Shown here: piece by piece, positions 18,301-25,945 of the stretch
How the letters are laid out: each line of letters opens with the position of its first letter
How positions within the stretch are numbered: position 1 is the stretch's first letter
Source: a bacterium
GTDB lineage: Bacteria > UBA8248
Assembly (NCBI GenBank): GCA_965219955.1
Contig: OZ244799.1
Location: forward strand, 3,232,001 to 3,296,000
Direction of reading: 5' to 3'
Length of the DNA: 64,000 bases
The notes under the pieces: model-generated
Seen by the model: the letters and a program-made list of their open reading frames with translations, nothing else
Database searches by the model: none
What the model was told of the DNA's origin: nothing
Translations under genes and position numbers: made by a program

Positions 18301-19857
18301 CGCGACAAGTGGGGCTATACCCCCTTGCACGGTGCAGCCTCGAACAAGAACCCCGCCGCCGTCGCCGCCTTGGCAAAAGCGGGCGCAGACCTCAACGCGC
18401 GCGATAAACGGGGCTATACCCCCTTGCACATAGCAGCCTTGAAAAAGAACTTCGCCGCCGCCGCCGCCCTGCACAAAGTCGGAGCAGACCTCAACGCGCG
18501 CGATAAACGGGGCAATACCCCCTTGCACAGGGCAGCCCGCTGGAACAAGAACCCCGCCGTCGCCGCCGCCCTGGCAAAAGCGGGCGCAGACCTCAACGCG
18601 CGCGACAAAAAAGGCAATACCCCCTTGCACTGGGCAGCCCGCTGGAACAGGAGCCCCGCCGTCCTCGCCGCCCTGTTGAAAGCCGGGGCCGACGTGAGTG
18701 CAAAATCGAAACACGGCATTACCCCCCTACGAACAGCGGCAAATGCCTACAAACCGAATCTCGCCGTCCTCGCCCCCCTGGTAAAGGCCGGCGCGGATCC
18801 GAATGATCGGGACGGGCGCGGGGATACCTTGTTGCACGACGCCTTCCAGGCGGGAAACTCCGCTGTCGCCATCGCCCTGCTCCAGGCCGGGGCGGACCCC
18901 AACATCAAAAACCGCGACGGGGACAGGGCGGAGGACAAGGACAAAAAGGGCATCGCAAAGCGCGCGGACGTCAGGCAGGCCCTGGCCAAGGCGGGTTCAC
19001 TGGGGCGCGCATACGGATCGGAGAAGAAGAAAAGAGAACGGGCGCGCAGAAGGGCCGCACAGCGAGCGCGCTCGTACAGTTCCTCGCCATCCTACTCGTC
19101 CGGCTCCAGCCGCTCCTACTCGTCCAGGCGGCGCTCCTCTTCTAGTTCGGGGGGGCTTTTCCAGGCCACCGGGGGCCAGAGGGCGCTTGAGCGCATACGG
19201 CGGCAGCGCAGGGCGCAGGAGCGCGAGAACGCGAGAATCCGCGCGGAGAACAGACGCAAACAGGCCGAATACAGAAGACGGCAGGCGGAGGCGCGCAGAC
19301 GGGCGGAGGCCAGAAGGCAGCGCGAGGAGACCCGGAGACAGGCGGAATACAGGAAACGGCAAGAAGAAAACAGGCGCCGCCGAGAGGAGGCGAGGCGCGA
19401 ACGGCAGGCGCGCCTGCGCCAGGAAGCCAGGAGACGCGAGGAGATGGCCGCAAGGCGGCGCGCCGAACGCCTGAGACAACAACAAGCCCGAACGCGGACG
19501 ACCTGGAGGCCGAAGCAGGCGCTCAACGCCGACGCCGCGCACTGCCTGAAAAGGAAGCGATTAAAGGGCGGGTTCAACGTAGCCGACAACGAGATAACGA
19601 ACACGTGCAGCTACACGATTGAAGTCGTTGGGGTGTGTCTTGGCGAATACCCTTTCAAGGCGAATTATCCCTTCAAAGGCGCCTACACTTCCCCCGGTGC
19701 TTGGGGGAAGACGCTTCGGCCCAACAGATGGGAGCCCGACCCGAATATGGACATATGCCACAACAGAGGTCGAACCGCTCGACATATCGCTTGCAAAGCC
19801 CCGTTCACTCCACGCTTCCTGTCGGCGAACGGGGGCACTTACGGCTGTTTCGAGTAG
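15391..19857 (+). CDS. Large ankyrin-repeat lipoprotein with repeated Cys-capped ankyrin modules, Arg-rich coiled coil and Cys-rich C-terminal domain
   Basis: Lipobox-like VTASC; more than 20 GADPNARD..G.TPLH.AA repeats; six C-x-GWNT-x2-F caps; Ala/Lys/Pro linkers. Confidence 0.92.
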   Translation: MIMTHHWMKLAALAALLAVTASCKTMDEGSASGTTPAPAAAVATRAKSPVPAGCAGWNTSAFFKTATPERVSACLKKGADPNARDQWNDTPLHYAAQSSENPAVAAALLEAGADPNAWNKFGGTPLDYAAYHDNPAVAALLRKAAVAPQAGKPRPAPKKATAAKRTARAAEAPAKEPKAEASRAPAAATKEKTAAANCGGWNTPAFWQTVTPEHVVACLKAGADPNARDEKGYTPLHEAAWSNENSAVIAALLKAGADPNAKNNLGNTPLRAAANNKNPAVLALLKKAARETGAQGRKAEPAREKATAAKKMVSSDAAPSRKTHKAAAANCPGWNTRTFFLDATPARVSECLKAGESPNARDQWRTTPLHWVALYSEHPAVAAALIEAGADLNARDKWGNTPLNSALKNRNPAVASLLRKVAGKTGVQARKAEPAPEKATAAKKMVSSDAAPSRKTHKAAAASCPGWNTPDFFKTATPEEVNECIKAGADPKARDEWGRTPLHRASLYNKNPAVVAALLKAGAEPKTPNKWGSTPLHNAARNENPAVAAALLEAGADPNARDKYGKTPIHWVRYNDNSAVVALLRKAAGESPQVSRPEPAPAKASAPKSVARADEAPAKETKAVASRAPAASGKEKNADVNCTGWNTRDFFTDATPEHMSECLKAGADPNARGEWGRTPLHWAALYNKNPAIVASCAGWNTLAFFQAATPARMSECLKAGADPNARDEWDRTPLHWAALYNKNPAVVAALLKAGANPNARDSFGKTPLQRAGLNGNPAVAALLNKAAGESAQVSKPEPTPEKATAAKKVVSSDAAASRKTHKAVAALLKAGADPNARDKQGNTPLHTAARWNKNPVVVATLVKAGADPNARDKQGDTPLHGAAQSNKNFPVAAALLKAGADLNARNQYDAIPLHYSALNKNPAVFATLLKAGADLNARNKRGYTPLHTAARWNKNPAAATLLKAGADPNARDKWGYTPLHGAASNKNPAAVAALAKAGADLNARDKRGYTPLHIAALKKNFAAAAALHKVGADLNARDKRGNTPLHRAARWNKNPAVAAALAKAGADLNARDKKGNTPLHWAARWNRSPAVLAALLKAGADVSAKSKHGITPLRTAANAYKPNLAVLAPLVKAGADPNDRDGRGDTLLHDAFQAGNSAVAIALLQAGADPNIKNRDGDRAEDKDKKGIAKRADVRQALAKAGSLGRAYGSEKKKRERARRRAAQRARSYSSSPSYSSGSSRSYSSRRRSSSSSGGLFQATGGQRALERIRRQRRAQERENARIRAENRRKQAEYRRRQAEARRRAEARRQREETRRQAEYRKRQEENRRRREEARRERQARLRQEARRREEMAARRRAERLRQQQARTRTTWRPKQALNADAAHCLKRKRLKGGFNVADNEITNTCSYTIEVVGVCLGEYPFKANYPFKGAYTSPGAWGKTLRPNRWEPDPNMDICHNRGRTARHIACKAPFTPRFLSANGGTYGCFE

Positions 19858-20242
19858 GGATCCGGCGGGACGACGGACTTGGATGAGCGCCGAGAACACG
19901 GGAGAGCGACCCCTGCAGCGAGGAGGGGCCTTCTCCCGGTACGGGCGCGGGGTATATACGAAACTTGGAGCGTATGCGAACGGACACCGATTGGCAGGTA
20001 TGCCGAGCTTCGGTGAATGCGAGCGCGAACGATTTTCACCGCAAGTGCGTGAGCAAGAAACGAGCATGCAACGGGCAAGGAGGGAAATTCACTTACGACG
20101 TACGCGTGCGCAATCCCAAGATCGGGTCCTGCGAACATACCTGGGAGATGACGTCGAGGTGCACGCCTTATCGGCCCTGGTCCTTTACGCCGAGCCTCGG
20201 AACCAGCGACGCCGTCCGGTAGGCGGATGACGTCCCGGCTCT

Positions 20243-20401
20243 CCCTCGATACGGCGCGCAAGCGCGCCTGCTCGGAATGAGGGAGGGCGCCCTCGTATCG
20301 ACCTCGCCCTGCGAAGCCGCGAAGCCCTCCAACGCTCCTCACCCCGAGCCGCCGCCGAAGAGCCTGCCCTGAACTTGTCGAAGGGCGGCGTATTGAAGGG
20401 T
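20243..20401. repeat. Degenerate copies of the ACCCTGAGTAG/CCTTCGATACGGCG repeat family with nested 24-bp unit
   Basis: CCCTCGATACGGCGCGCAAGCGCGCC; ACCCCGAGCCGCCGCCGAAG-[AGCCTGCCCTGAACTTGTCGAAGG]-GCGGCGTATTGAAGGG. Confidence 0.7.
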
Positions 20402-20619
20402 TCGGGGCGGTAAATGCGCCGCCCGCGCCTCGGCGGGACCGGTACAGGTTTTTCGCGCACGATTCCACCTCGCCCAGACAGCGGACCGGACAGGCGCAGG
20501 GGCCTACCCAAAGACTGCGTTTTCGCAGGGGAGAACCTGCGCATTTGCCCGCATTTGCCGTCATAGCGTTATTTCGGACATCACAAAATTCGCCATAAGG
20601 ATATCGGCAACGTTCTTCG

Positions 20620-20648
20620 TTGCGTTTGCGAAATAAAAACTACATAAT
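20620..20648 (+). promoter_or_regulatory. Putative sigma70 promoter of the three-gene island operon
   Basis: TTGCGT-N17-CATAAT, followed by an AGGAAGG RBS before the ATG at 20690. Confidence 0.55.
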
Positions 20649-20689
20649 CCACTACCGTCTAAATTTCTATCACAGGAAGGCCGCATTGT

Positions 20690-21376
20690 ATGAATCAGAC
20701 GCAACCTCCTGATTCTCATGGGGGAAATGAAACCAAACTGATCGAGTTATCCGTCGTGCTGGTGGCGAATTCCAATAATCCATCTATCATCAATCCCGAC
20801 TTCCTGCGCTACAACAAAATCGTGGACGACAGCTATGAGGTTCAAGACTCACCCATTTCCACGCCTGCATTTTCCCAGGTGATATTCAAAAATGGGATTA
20901 CAATAGTGTCGGATCCTGCTCGTGTCATAATTGGACAGTCTGGAACTTTAGACAGAAAGAATGTCGTGTCTCCTGAAGTCGCGAAGCGCTATTTAGAATG
21001 TGTTCCCCACGTACCTTACCGCGCCATCGGCATTAACCCGAAAGGTATTGTGTCTGGGCAAGAACCAAATCCTGTTGTCAATATGGTTCGCGACAATGGC
21101 TTATGGATGTCATTCAAGGACGTGATTCCTGAGGGCCAGCTAAAAGCCATATATCGCTACACAGAGAGAACTATTTTCCTTGATATCGGCGGTGCGGACG
21201 TAGCGGAAAACGATCAAACAACATCTGGAACACTGTTTCAGGCGAATATTCATCGTGAGTTGACGGAGACGGATGCGGAGTCTCGCATCACGCGTTTATG
21301 GTCGATTCTGGATTCTTGGGGTAGCGATCTGGAGGACTTTTACAATTTAACGAGCAAGTTCTGTGGGGAGGGATGA
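20690..21376 (+). CDS. Uncharacterised protein, TIGR04255-like (tentative); gene 1 of low-GC triad
   Basis: SVVLV..NNPSIINPDFL, HVPYRAIGIN and LFQANIHREL motifs; low GC; promoter and RBS. Family assignment is from recalled motif resemblance only. Confidence 0.75.
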   Translation: MNQTQPPDSHGGNETKLIELSVVLVANSNNPSIINPDFLRYNKIVDDSYEVQDSPISTPAFSQVIFKNGITIVSDPARVIIGQSGTLDRKNVVSPEVAKRYLECVPHVPYRAIGINPKGIVSGQEPNPVVNMVRDNGLWMSFKDVIPEGQLKAIYRYTERTIFLDIGGADVAENDQTTSGTLFQANIHRELTETDAESRITRLWSILDSWGSDLEDFYNLTSKFCGEG

Positions 21377-22071
21377 TGTCCATTGCAACAGGTCCGGAAC
21401 CAATACCGGATTCAGAGACGGCAGCCGACATTGAGCAACTGGTAGCCGATTTTGAGCATCGGGGTTCACATCTGAATCTGGGCGCGAGGTCGGTTCACAG
21501 GATACATGTAGTCGGCAGGACCAGTTTCAGTTCTTCGAGTTGGTTTCCAGCGGTTCGAAAAACACTTTTTGAGGATGCTCCACAACCTGAATCACAACCC
21601 GGCAATATCTTGTCCTGTATATTGCCGTTTCTTCATCCGGGGCAATCGAAGCTCAAGCCACGGGATTGGGTTTTGCTTGGAGAGTTCGCCACACATGGCG
21701 CAGAGCACTTCCCCATACAACTTGCCGACGCCTTGCGCGATCTCGATGAAGTCGTCGAGGAAGCTGAAGAAGAAGGGTTTCCCGTACCGAAAGAGGTTGT
21801 TCTCGAAGATGCGAAACGGTTGTTGAGGGAAATGTACGCCATATCGCCACGCCGCTTCGAGGTTTATCCCATGCCGGACGGCGAAGTCGCCATCGACGCG
21901 CCAGATGGAAAAGGAAGTTCCGTGCTGCTCTTGTGCGATTCGGAAGGCGGCGCGTTGTGCCTGGTCAACATGAAAGGCAAACATCGACGCGCCCGGTATT
22001 CCACCACCGAAACGCTTCCTGACGGATTCATTCGTGAAGCCATCGCAGAACTTGAACGACAGAACGATTGA
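21373..22071 (+). CDS. Uncharacterised protein, possible antitoxin; gene 2 of triad
   Basis: ATGA overlap with gene 1; variable-looking N-terminal half, compact acidic C-terminal domain (EEEGFPVP...AKRLL...YPMPDGEVAID). Confidence 0.72.
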   Translation: MMSIATGPEPIPDSETAADIEQLVADFEHRGSHLNLGARSVHRIHVVGRTSFSSSSWFPAVRKTLFEDAPQPESQPGNILSCILPFLHPGQSKLKPRDWVLLGEFATHGAEHFPIQLADALRDLDEVVEEAEEEGFPVPKEVVLEDAKRLLREMYAISPRRFEVYPMPDGEVAIDAPDGKGSSVLLLCDSEGGALCLVNMKGKHRRARYSTTETLPDGFIREAIAELERQND

Positions 22072-22505
22072 ACCCTGAGAAACCACCCGAGAACATCGGG
22101 CAGGACGAGGAACTCGGGCGCGGCGTATTCTCAAGACGCAGAGCGAGACGTGCACAACGCTCAAGAGTCCCAGCGGATGTATTTTTAGAAAAAGAAGGCG
22201 AACCCAAGATTTCCGTTGACAGGCTGAGCTTGGCGCCGATGGATAAGGCCGTCGAGATTGCCGAGGATGTAGCCTCGAATCGTCCTAACGCTACCTTCTG
22301 CGGTTGGGCTTTCCTCACCGCCTCAAGCGCACGGGAAAATGAACGAGAAGCCGTTGCTTCACCGAAAGAAAATAACCCATATCACGCCGATATCGTATTG
22401 CCCCAAGCAGCGGTCGAAGATCGAGAAGAACAAAAACGGCACGCGCTGGAACTGGCTGATGCTTCAAGCTGGCGAGAACGCCCGAACCCTTCCCAGAACA
22501 CTTGA
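22068..22505 (+). CDS. Uncharacterised small protein with ART/RES-like motif pattern; gene 3 of triad
   Basis: TTGA overlap with gene 2; EELGR ... ISVDR ... NPYHADI pattern (conserved-looking R, S and late H). Confidence 0.72.
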   Translation: MNPEKPPENIGQDEELGRGVFSRRRARRAQRSRVPADVFLEKEGEPKISVDRLSLAPMDKAVEIAEDVASNRPNATFCGWAFLTASSARENEREAVASPKENNPYHADIVLPQAAVEDREEQKRHALELADASSWRERPNPSQNT

Positions 22506-22534
22506 ACTCCTTTCGCGTCCACCGCCATCTGCAA

Positions 22535-23632
22535 TCAGCTACCAGCCTTCGTCCATTCGAGACGCTTCTTCAACCTGTTCAGAGGATGCCCCCAGGGCAG
22601 ACGGCGTTCGTGTTGAAGCCTGCCGATTACGATGCCCGGGGCGATGCCCTGCTCCTCCGCGAACCGCCGAACAGTCGAGACATTTTGGGGCTTTTCCTCG
22701 ACAAACTGCTCCCAAACCTCACTCGGGATCAGGAAATCCGCAGCCCAGCGGTTCGCTTCGGCTTCGTGTCCTTCCGCGCCGTTTTCTTTCGAGTCAATGA
22801 AAACGTCTTTCTTGCTGTGCAGCAGGATGTGCGCGGCTTGGTGGAACAAGGTGAACCAGAGATGATCGTCCGTCTTGTGGCGCGCGCTCAGGGCGATCAC
22901 CGCCTTTTGGCTCGAAAGCCACCATGCGGCGCCGCTGATGGCGGCCTTCGGCAAGGGTGGTATCAAGGCCAGGACGACGCCCGATTCATTGCAACGCTCG
23001 CCCGCCCTGCGAATCGCTTCGCCGAACGGTTCGCGCGTGAGCGTACGGATTTCCCTTAGGGATTGCTTGAAGCGAGCCGCGTTGAACTCGGCGCAAGTTT
23101 GCCGTTCGGCTTCAAGCTCACTCAGTCTGCGCCAGGTCGCCAGAGCGCATTCGTCGCTCTCGAAGCTCGGCGAATGCCGGTAGTTGACACTCGCCCATCC
23201 ATATTTGACGGCCCAGGCTTCGACCGAGCCGACGCCGAAAAAGGCGAGCAGTCCCGACACGCTATCGGCGCTCGAGGACGGCTTATCCATCACCCCGCGC
23301 TTGACAAGAGCGTTTACGGGAAAGCGCTTTGCCCACGAAATGGATTTTGCCGCTTGTTTGGCTTCGGCTTCCTGCGCCCGGTGGAGCTTGTAGTCGGACT
23401 CCAGCCCAAGCCAGATATGAGCGGCCACTCCCGTTACCTTCTCGAATTGAAGGGCCGTCTCCGGTTCCACGGGAGCCTTTCCCGCGACGATTTCGCTGAT
23501 GAGTTTGGGTGAACGGCCGCACCGGCGGGCGAAATCCGCATACGACATGTCATGCGCCTCCAGGCGTTCCGCAAGTATCGTTCCGGGCGCAACTGCGTAG
23601 TCCGGCTGGTACGCATTGGCTGGTCCGATCAT
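22535..23632 (-). CDS. higA: HigA-type HTH antitoxin fused to ImmA/IrrE-like metallopeptidase domain
   Basis: PDYAVAPGTILAE, HTH, ALQFEKVTG..WLGLESDY; WFTLFHQAAHILLH and EAEANRWA; GGAGG RBS. Confidence 0.9.
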   Translation of the reverse strand: MIGPANAYQPDYAVAPGTILAERLEAHDMSYADFARRCGRSPKLISEIVAGKAPVEPETALQFEKVTGVAAHIWLGLESDYKLHRAQEAEAKQAAKSISWAKRFPVNALVKRGVMDKPSSSADSVSGLLAFFGVGSVEAWAVKYGWASVNYRHSPSFESDECALATWRRLSELEAERQTCAEFNAARFKQSLREIRTLTREPFGEAIRRAGERCNESGVVLALIPPLPKAAISGAAWWLSSQKAVIALSARHKTDDHLWFTLFHQAAHILLHSKKDVFIDSKENGAEGHEAEANRWAADFLIPSEVWEQFVEEKPQNVSTVRRFAEEQGIAPGIVIGRLQHERRLPWGHPLNRLKKRLEWTKAGS

Positions 23633-23645
23633 GATTTGAACCTCC

Positions 23646-23981
23646 TCAATGGTAGTCGACCACCTCGATGATGATCATCGAAGTGACCTGGCTCAGGTCG
23701 ATACCGCCGTCATCCTTTTCGGGAACCGGATCGTGGTTCGGCTTGAAGACGAGCCTTCGGGGATGAACGAGATCGACGGCGTATTGCCCTTCGCGCTTTG
23801 CTTTCAGGGGATGACACCGCTCCGGCGGCGTCGACGGCACGTCCGCCAACGTCCGGGCGTTGCTTAAAACCGCCAGACGCGACTTGAGCCTCTCCGCCAT
23901 GCGTCCGCCATACGCCTTTTGAAGTTCGTTCTCTGAGTTGAGTGTCTTCTCAAGTTTTCTGGTTCGGAAAGCGATGTCCAC
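23646..23981 (-). CDS. higB: HigB/RelE-type toxin (killer suppression protein family)
   Basis: (V)DIAFRTRKLEK...YG...PPERCHPLK..REGQYAVDLVHPRRLVF...IIEVVDYH; directly upstream of higA. Confidence 0.88.
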   Translation of the reverse strand: MDIAFRTRKLEKTLNSENELQKAYGGRMAERLKSRLAVLSNARTLADVPSTPPERCHPLKAKREGQYAVDLVHPRRLVFKPNHDPVPEKDDGGIDLSQVTSMIIIEVVDYH

Positions 23982-24147
23982 TTCGCCAACTTTCGGGCGG
24001 CAACCAGGGAACGAGTTTATTTTGTTACCTATCAGGTAATGATATAGATAAACATATGGGCCGTCAAGTATGGGTGCACAGGAAGGCCGGGTCGCGACCT
24101 GTCCCTGCCACTTCGACGCCTCCTTCCTCCCCGTTCGGGCTTGCCGC

Positions 24148-24464
24148 GCATATCCGCGCATTTGCCGTCACGGGATTTTCGCGGCGGTGGGGCATGCCCG
24201 GAAGGCCGCCGGTCGGCCCCCGGTTTTTCAGGCGGCGGAGCGGGCGCGGATCGCGGGTGCCGGGTGGACGCTCCGGCGAAATGAGGAACATGCAAAATGC
24301 AAAAAATAATATCCGAAAAATTAGATAAAATTAGATAAATTCACGGGGTTTTTCGATAAATAAGTGTAAATTATTTTTTCGGGAAAGACGCCGCCGCAAC
24401 CAGGCGCAGGGGGATTCTGCCATGGCCTGCGATACATGCGGTGACGGCAAATGCGCGGATTTGC
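24148..24464. mobile_element. MITE-like element with 24-bp terminal inverted repeats and AT-rich core
   Basis: GCATATCCGCGCATTTGCCGTCAC (24148-24171) versus GTGACGGCAAATGCGCGGATTTGC (24441-24464): 23/24 inverted match. The core contains a tandem AAAATTAGAT repeat. Confidence 0.6.
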
Positions 24465-24522
24465 AGGGAGTTGCGCCCCGCTCAGGTTGTCCGCCCGGCG
24501 CGCGCGTACCTCATCGCGCGCC

Positions 24523-24750
24523 CTAAGGTCCGGGATAGGCCTCGGGGGGTTTGGCGTCGTCCGTCGATCTCTTTGATTTTACTCGCCTTCTGGTGACGAT
24601 GGAATCGTCCTTGAGCCGCGCGATCGGGTCTTCCTCATCGTCCCCGCGTCCGTAGGCGTTGCCCTTCTCGAAGGCGAGCCTGCCGAAGAGGCGGTTGAGA
24701 TTATTGCGCGCGACCTCCTCGTCTTCGGCCTCATGCTTTCGTTTCTTCAT
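24523..24750 (-). CDS. Small hypothetical protein (75 aa)
   Basis: ATG preceded by GGAGAG; charged sequence MKKRKHEAEDEE...; host-like codon usage. Confidence 0.5.
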   Translation of the reverse strand: MKKRKHEAEDEEVARNNLNRLFGRLAFEKGNAYGRGDDEEDPIARLKDDSIVTRRRVKSKRSTDDAKPPEAYPGP

Positions 24751-24790
24751 ATCTGCTCTCTCCCCTGTTTCGTCGAGTAAAGTCAATAGT

Positions 24791-25897
24791 TTACAGGAAT
24801 CGCCACCTCTCGCCCACCGCCATGACCTTGACGCGGGAGGCATCGGCGCCCGTCTCGGCCATGTGCTGCCTGAGCACCCTGGGCGGATGGTCGAGCGGCT
24901 CGTCCGTCAGGTCGAACGTACCCCAGTGCATGGGGATCATCCACCGCGCGCCCAGCTCCTGAAACGCCCGCAGCCCCTCGGCGGGGTTCATGTGGGAGTA
25001 GCGCATCATCCAGCGGGGCTCGTACGCGCCGATGGGGAGCATCGCCACGTCGATGGGGCTGAACTTGCGGCCGAACTCCCGAAACCCTTGAAAATAGCCG
25101 CTGTCGCCGCCGTGATAATACTTTCGCCCGCCGGTTTCGACCAGCCACGAACACCAGAGCGTGGAGTCCCGCGCCATCCCGAAGCGGTTCGACCAGTGCT
25201 GCGCGGGCAGGCAGGTCAGGCGGACGTCTCCATGCTCAGCACTCCGCCACCAGTCGAGCTCCACGGCGCGCCTGCCAAGCGACTCCACGAACCCGCCCAG
25301 CCCCATCGGAACGAACCACGTGACGTCTTCGGGCAGGTTCTCAATCGTCCATGAATCGAGGTGATCGTAATGGTTGTGGGAGACCAGCGCCGCGGCGCCT
25401 TTCGGAATCGAGGCCGCAGGCACGCCAGGGGGCTGACGGCGTCCATGCCAGAAAGCGCCCGCGCCGAAATGCGGGTCCGCCAGGACGACGTTCGGGCCGT
25501 CCTGAATGATGAAGCCGCAATGCCCGACACAGGTGACGGAAGGCTCGTCCTGCGGCTTCGCCAGATACGCGCCGTCGTTGGAAACGACTGGAACTTCCGG
25601 CGTTTTGGCGTTTTTGATCTCCGCGAACTCGTTTCGGTACAGGAACTTCCATTTGTACAGATTGGCCCGCGAGCCCGGGTTCGGCCACCAGGGGTTGAAC
25701 CACTTGCCCGGCTCGCCGTGCGGCCAGTAGAGGGATTCCGCCTCGCGCGAGACGAGGCCCTGCGCTTCGGGAGGCGGCGCCGTCGGCCCCTTGATGCCCA
25801 GACCCATCTTCGCGCACCCTCCCGCCAGCCCCAGGGCGCCGAGGCCTGCGAGACCGGCGCGCTTGAGAAATTTCCGTCTGCCGATTTTCGGTTTCAT
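24791..25897 (-). CDS. MBL-fold metallo-hydrolase (NAPE-PLD/RomA-like), Tat lipoprotein
   Basis: RRKFLK plus LAGGC; SHNHYDHLD, PAQHWS, GDSGY, PIGAYEP, PMHWGTF. Confidence 0.92.
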   Translation of the reverse strand: MKPKIGRRKFLKRAGLAGLGALGLAGGCAKMGLGIKGPTAPPPEAQGLVSREAESLYWPHGEPGKWFNPWWPNPGSRANLYKWKFLYRNEFAEIKNAKTPEVPVVSNDGAYLAKPQDEPSVTCVGHCGFIIQDGPNVVLADPHFGAGAFWHGRRQPPGVPAASIPKGAAALVSHNHYDHLDSWTIENLPEDVTWFVPMGLGGFVESLGRRAVELDWWRSAEHGDVRLTCLPAQHWSNRFGMARDSTLWCSWLVETGGRKYYHGGDSGYFQGFREFGRKFSPIDVAMLPIGAYEPRWMMRYSHMNPAEGLRAFQELGARWMIPMHWGTFDLTDEPLDHPPRVLRQHMAETGADASRVKVMAVGERWRFL

Positions 25898-25945
25898 CGC
25901 AACCTGCGCGGCGGCTCAGAGCGCCCCGTTCTCCGGGGACGAAAA

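Noticed and set aside
17880-18700. Tandem ankyrin DNA repeats as DGR template/variable repeats
   Set aside because: No reverse transcriptase is present and differences are not adenine-specific; these are ordinary coding tandem repeats.
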